A DNA stretch of 63,582 bases, counting the filler, from Stramenopiles sp. TOSAG23-2 (Eukaryota): NCBI GenBank assembly GCA_900128395.1. It is 20 parts of 20 records of this genome, joined end to end, with 100 filler letters (N's around TTAATTAATTAA, not from the genome) between each part and the next. Parts side by side here need not be neighbours in the genome. Positions count along the whole stretch, not along the records: positions 57,362 to 60,424 come from LT651385.1; positions 60,525 to 63,582 come from LT651386.1; 18 more parts are not named here. One strand, written 5' to 3'. Below, piece after piece: positions 59,053-63,582 of the stretch. Numbering within the stretch: the first letter of the stretch is position 1; every line of letters starts with the position of its first letter. Below the pieces are notes generated by a model. That model ran no database searches. It saw only the letters and a list, made by a program, of their open reading frames with translations, and had not been told where the DNA came from. Position numbers and translations under genes: made by a program.

Positions 59053-60556
59053 AAATAACAACAATAACAATGACGGGGAACAAGAGGAAACATTTTATAA
59101 TAATAGCGATAGTTTTTTAAATGAAATACGACAAGAGGATGAAAGTTTATATCAAATGGATCAAACATTATTAAATAGCCATGGTAGTGGTGGAGTTACA
59201 TCAGCCTCTGTACGATATGGTGGTATACAATGGAAGATAATAATAATAGTACTATTACTATTATTATTATTATTACTTTTAAACCAATGAATGGTGGTTA
59301 CACTGCCAGGAGGTAATACCCTCCTGGCAGTGACTTGTAACCTTTCATGATCCATCATCTTCTTAACTTTTCCTTTCTATTTATCTATGTGTACATTGTA
59401 ACATTGTTTTTAATAATTTTATTTTTAGTGCAACATTTTTATTATACATGTTTATCGATACATTATCGAGAATAAAAATGTGGACTCTTCGTGTGATGCT
59501 AGCTGGCTAGATTATAGTCGTCTCCTCTGAGGCAAAGATTTAGTGCTGTGTGCCTTGTATATCCCATACAGGTATTTTCAATCCTGTGTCAGCCTAAATT
59601 TCGTTCATATCATATACCATCAGCTTAAGCTGATAAAATATTTTTTATTCTTTTATTATTATTATACCTGGTACAGCTATACAATCGTCCAAGCATCTCC
59701 ACTCAATATAAATAATGAATGACCATTACGAAAATATATATATATATATTTAGTATCCCATTGGCATGTTACAAATAAAAAATAGTCAATCTCTTTTTTT
59801 CTAAAACAAAGTTGACCCAGAATAATTGCACAGTCCAAGGTTACATATAATAGAAGAACATATCATTTATTCAACACCAGCCCTGTGTTGAGATTTTTTT
59901 TATCAAGCACGTTGTACATCATGAAATGTAAGGCCTAATTATTTATATATATTTACTTCATATGGTTCTACATTTAATGGAGATAATTTTAAATATATAT
60001 TTAATACATCATTAAAACTTAATAATAATAGATACAAAGGTAGTAAAATAGATCAAATACATATTATAAAATCATTATAACTAAAAAAGTAACGAAAAAA
60101 ATATATAATTAAAAATTTTATGTCATATTGAAGGTATATTAAATTACAAATTTCTAGGTGATAAACATAGAAATATTGGTTTTTTAAAATGGCAAAGATG
60201 TAAAATGTAGCAACTAAAATCATACAACTACATGTATTAAACTGTATATTTAGGTAAAAACGTTAAGTCTCGACCAATTAATAGTATATGAACGTATGAT
60301 TTAGCCAAAAAATCAGATGTAGATCATAATTTTTGATATTTTTTTGATATTTTTTCATTTTTTTACCATTTACCACGTATGAAATGTTGGAATTATTGGA
60401 TTATATTTGATTGGATCCCCTTATNNNNNNNNNNNNNNNNNNNNNNNNNNNNNNNNNNNNNNNNNNNNTTAATTAATTAANNNNNNNNNNNNNNNNNNNN
60501 NNNNNNNNNNNNNNNNNNNNNNNNAATATCTTTCATTGCATAGTTCCCATCTTTAG

Positions 60557-62037
60557 TTGGTGCACTTGCTGCATTAATGTTAAGCGGACCAAAATATGGT
60601 TATAAAGTTAGACTATATGAAGGTAGAAAAGATTGGAGACCGGAGGAAGTTACAGAAGAGAATGATGTCACGAGACCAGAGGATCAGCATAAAGATGCGA
60701 TTAAACGTAGTATCAATTTAGCATTGTCCTTTCGTGGTCAAAGTGCTTTGAAAAAAGTTGGATTATTAGAAACTGTTATGAAATTTACTGTTCCTATGCG
60801 TTATCGTGCAATACATTCAACAAGTGATGATAATTCAGAAGCTGATTCATTCCAGCCATACGATGAAATTGATCCAACGAATTTCATCAACTCTGTCTCA
60901 CGGGAACGATTGAATAATTTATTAATCAACGAAGCGGAAAAGAATGCCAATTGTGAAATTAGATTTGGTTATAAACTGACGCATATTGATCGAAATGGTG
61001 TTGCACACTTTGAAAATGATGAGGAAAAATTATCAACACGGACAGCGCAACAAAGTACGTATAATGATTATTTACCAGGTAAATATCAAATTAAACCTAC
61101 GTTAATTCTAGGTTGTGATGGTGCATATAGTGCAACCAGAGAAGCTATGTTGCGCCTAGTTCCAATGAACTTTAAACGAGAATATATTGAACATGGATAT
61201 AAAGAATTAACAATACCACCAACTAAAGATGGGAACTATGCAATGAAAGATATTGAAGCGTTACATATATGGCCACGTGGTGAATTCATGATGATTGCAT
61301 TGCCAAATCCTGACAAAAGTTTCACATGTACTATTTTCGCACCATTCCGTAGCAAGAAAGATCCGAAGACAGGGAAAAATGTTCCAGGCATTTTAGATGT
61401 GGAAGAATCATCCGATGAAGACGTTACAAAATATTTTAAAACATATTTTCCAGATGTATTGCCTGTCATGCCAAATTATTTAGGTGATTTTAGACAAAAT
61501 CCAAGTTGTCAATTAGTTCAAACACGTTGCTCGCCATGGAATTACTCTGATAAAATTTTATTGATGGGGGATGCAGCACATGCAATTGTACCATTTTATG
61601 GACAAGGTATGAATGCTGGTATGGAAGATGTATTGGCATTTTCAGAAGTATTAGATAAATTTAAAAATAATTTATCGAAATCAATTCCATATTTTGCACG
61701 TGAACGAAAACCAACTGGTGATGCTATTGGTGATTTAAGTTTACATAATTATGTGGAAATGAGAGATCATACGGCATCAAGTATGTTTTTATTTAAAAAG
61801 AAAATCGAAGGATTATTTAATTGGTTAATGCCAAATACATGGGTACCGTTGTATAAAATGGTTGCATTTACACGTATACCATATCATCATGCGATCGAAC
61901 GTGGTAATAAGCAAGAGAAAACACTTGATAATATATTATTTGGAGCAACTTGCGTCGGTGTTGCCGGTATGGCATTGGGAATTATGTATGGTAGTGGTGT
62001 AAATGATTTAAATCAATTGAAAGAAAAATTGTTTTAA
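60557..62037 (+). CDS. KMO: Kynurenine 3-monooxygenase, 5'-partial
   Basis: VGALAA, RSINLALS, GCDGAYS, HGYKEL, LHIWPRG, MIALPN, GDAAHAIVPFYGQGMNAG, NYVEMR; C-terminal TM. Confidence 0.96.
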
Positions 62038-62426
62038 AATACTTCTTATATAAATTTTAATATTTGTAACAATATTTAGTTGATGTGTGGGTATGTGCGT
62101 GTGTGCGTATAAAAACTGAAAATATCTGCGTGTGACTGGTGAAACATTATTTACGAAGTACAATTTATACGCAAATTTTTAATTCTTACGAATCACTACA
62201 TATCATATCATTATGTATATTTTTTGATTTGGTATTTTTTGATTTTGTTGTAAAAAATATGGCACTAATGGTGTATTGGTGGTGTCTTGTAGTTTACCAG
62301 GTACGTAATATTGCAGCCCGCGCTTAAACCTTAAACAAGACGAAGGATTTTTATTGGTTCCTAGTGCCTAATATTTTATTTTAATTTATTTTGTACCGTG
62401 CTACCCGTCGTGCGCTGTAATCCAGT

Positions 62427-62941
62427 GAATGGGTGTAATACAACCAACACATATATTACATGTTGATGGACAAATTCGTTCGAGTATGTCTACTATTGCA
62501 ACTGCATCTGATCGAGAATGGGTGTAATACAACCAACACATATATTACATGTTGATGGACAAATTCGTTCGAGTATGTCTACTATTGCAACTGCATCTGA
62601 TCGACGTTTAAAGAAAAATATAATATCGGTTGATGAAGATGAGTCATTGAATAACATTTTAAAATTAAATGTACGTGACTATGAATGGAAAAAAAAATGA
62701 TAAAAAACAACGTGGTTTTATCGCACAGGAAGTTGAAAAAATCTTACCAAATGCTGTACAGATAGTGAACGATACTAGTACTGCTGGAAGTCGAAATATA
62801 AGCGATTTGCGCTTACTAAATTTAGATCCTATTATTTTTGACTTGGTTGGCTCTGTACAAGCTTTACAAAATCAAATACTAGCAGAACGAAACAAAAGAA
62901 TTGAGTTGGAAACAGAAATTAAAAACTTAAAGCGACTTTAA
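62427..62941 (+). pseudogene. Peptidase S74 (intramolecular chaperone autoprocessing) domain relic with coiled coil
   Basis: GVIQPTHILHVDG...SDRRLKKNI...YEWK/frameshift/GFIAQEVEKILPNAV...LVGSVQAL; 89-bp tandem duplication at the 5' end. Confidence 0.82.
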
Positions 62942-62961
62942 AAAATGTGGGGATGTGATTA

Positions 62962-63110
62962 AAATAAAAAAGAAAATTTGTGTGTGGTTTTTTACAACTA
63001 GTGACAAAATAAATTTTCTCGGGGTAAAAAATTTAAATAAAAAAGAAAATTTGTGTGTGGTTTTTTACAACTAGTGACAAAATAAATTTTCTCGGGGTAA
63101 AAAATTTAAA
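62962..63110. repeat. Tandem duplication, ~73-bp unit
   Basis: aaataaaaaagaaaatttgtgtgtgg...ctcggggtaaaaaattt occurs twice. Confidence 0.9.
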
Positions 63111-63379
63111 AATACTGAAAGCGTACGGAACGGTTCGGGTAAATGGAAAATTAAATTTTGGCTTTTAAAAAAACTACGAGAGTCGTAAAGGAAAATGTAA
63201 TCTTCATAATACGATATATCTTAGAAATATTTTTTTAAAACAACAAGAAAATACTCGCGTACAACACAAGAGCTGTCTACACATACACGCACATGTGTTA
63301 ACTACGGAGAACATATGATATGATATCATATCATATATATGATTATATACCACACACACATCACGAATTATTTGTACTT

Positions 63380-63582
63380 TTACTCTTTCCAACTCACTTT
63401 AAACGGCAAACCTGTTGAATTATTACTAATACCAGTATCCATTGGCACTGGTGGTGGCTTTCTTTTTGGTTTACTTGAACTACTTGATTTTTTGACAATG
63501 CCAATCGTGTTACTATTAATATCCCCAATTTCATTATTAGAAATATCTTTATTATCATCGGCAAAATTAACATTAATTTTTA
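63380..63582 (-). CDS. 3' end of a hypothetical protein
   Basis: Open minus frame ...KPKRKPPPVPMDTG...LPFKVSWKE*. Confidence 0.45.
   Translation of the reverse strand, partial: KINVNFADDNKDISNNEIGDINSNTIGIVKKSSSSSKPKRKPPPVPMDTGISNNSTGLPFKVSWKE

Noticed and set aside
27226-62941. Alternative genetic code or stop-codon readthrough to explain the interrupted ORFs
   Set aside because: Conserved genes translate fully with the standard code and end in TAA, TAG or TGA; the interruptions are explained by introns, frameshifts or insertions.

Overview
This window is not one locus. It is 20 unrelated contigs of about 3.06-3.11 kb, sorted by decreasing length and joined by N-padded TTAATTAATTAA linkers, so gene neighbourhoods mean something only within a contig. 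The DNA is AT-rich and eukaryotic: short GT-AG introns with CTAAC branch points, poly-N/Q/K tracts and microsatellites. The gene content (PKA, KRR1, DOT1, Snapin, axonemal-type thioredoxin, acyl-CoA oxidase, KMO, CEPT1-like) fits a flagellated protist; a marine stramenopile is my inference only. An inverted chimera suggests an MDA/single-cell assembly. Highlights: (1) an intronless multifunctional histidine-biosynthesis ORF HisF-HisA-HisI-HisE-HisB(IGPD), 5'-truncated; (2) a prokaryote/phage-like DPPY amino-methyltransferase with a basic, NLS-like N-terminus, next to a 12-bp minisatellite and a hidden Tudor fragment; (3) a bacterial-type GH13_18 phosphorylase convergent with an OPA-like MFS transporter; (4) unusual architectures: C2H2-Tudor-DOT1, U-box-ankyrin with an RNF5-like tail, a secreted tandem Cu-SOD, PhyH-HEAT; (5) an S74 tail-chaperone relic and an SF1-helicase relic; (6) a recurrent intergenic TACCWGGTA palindrome and locus-specific short-repeat arrays upstream of genes. 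All family calls come from motif recognition by eye; no database searches were run.
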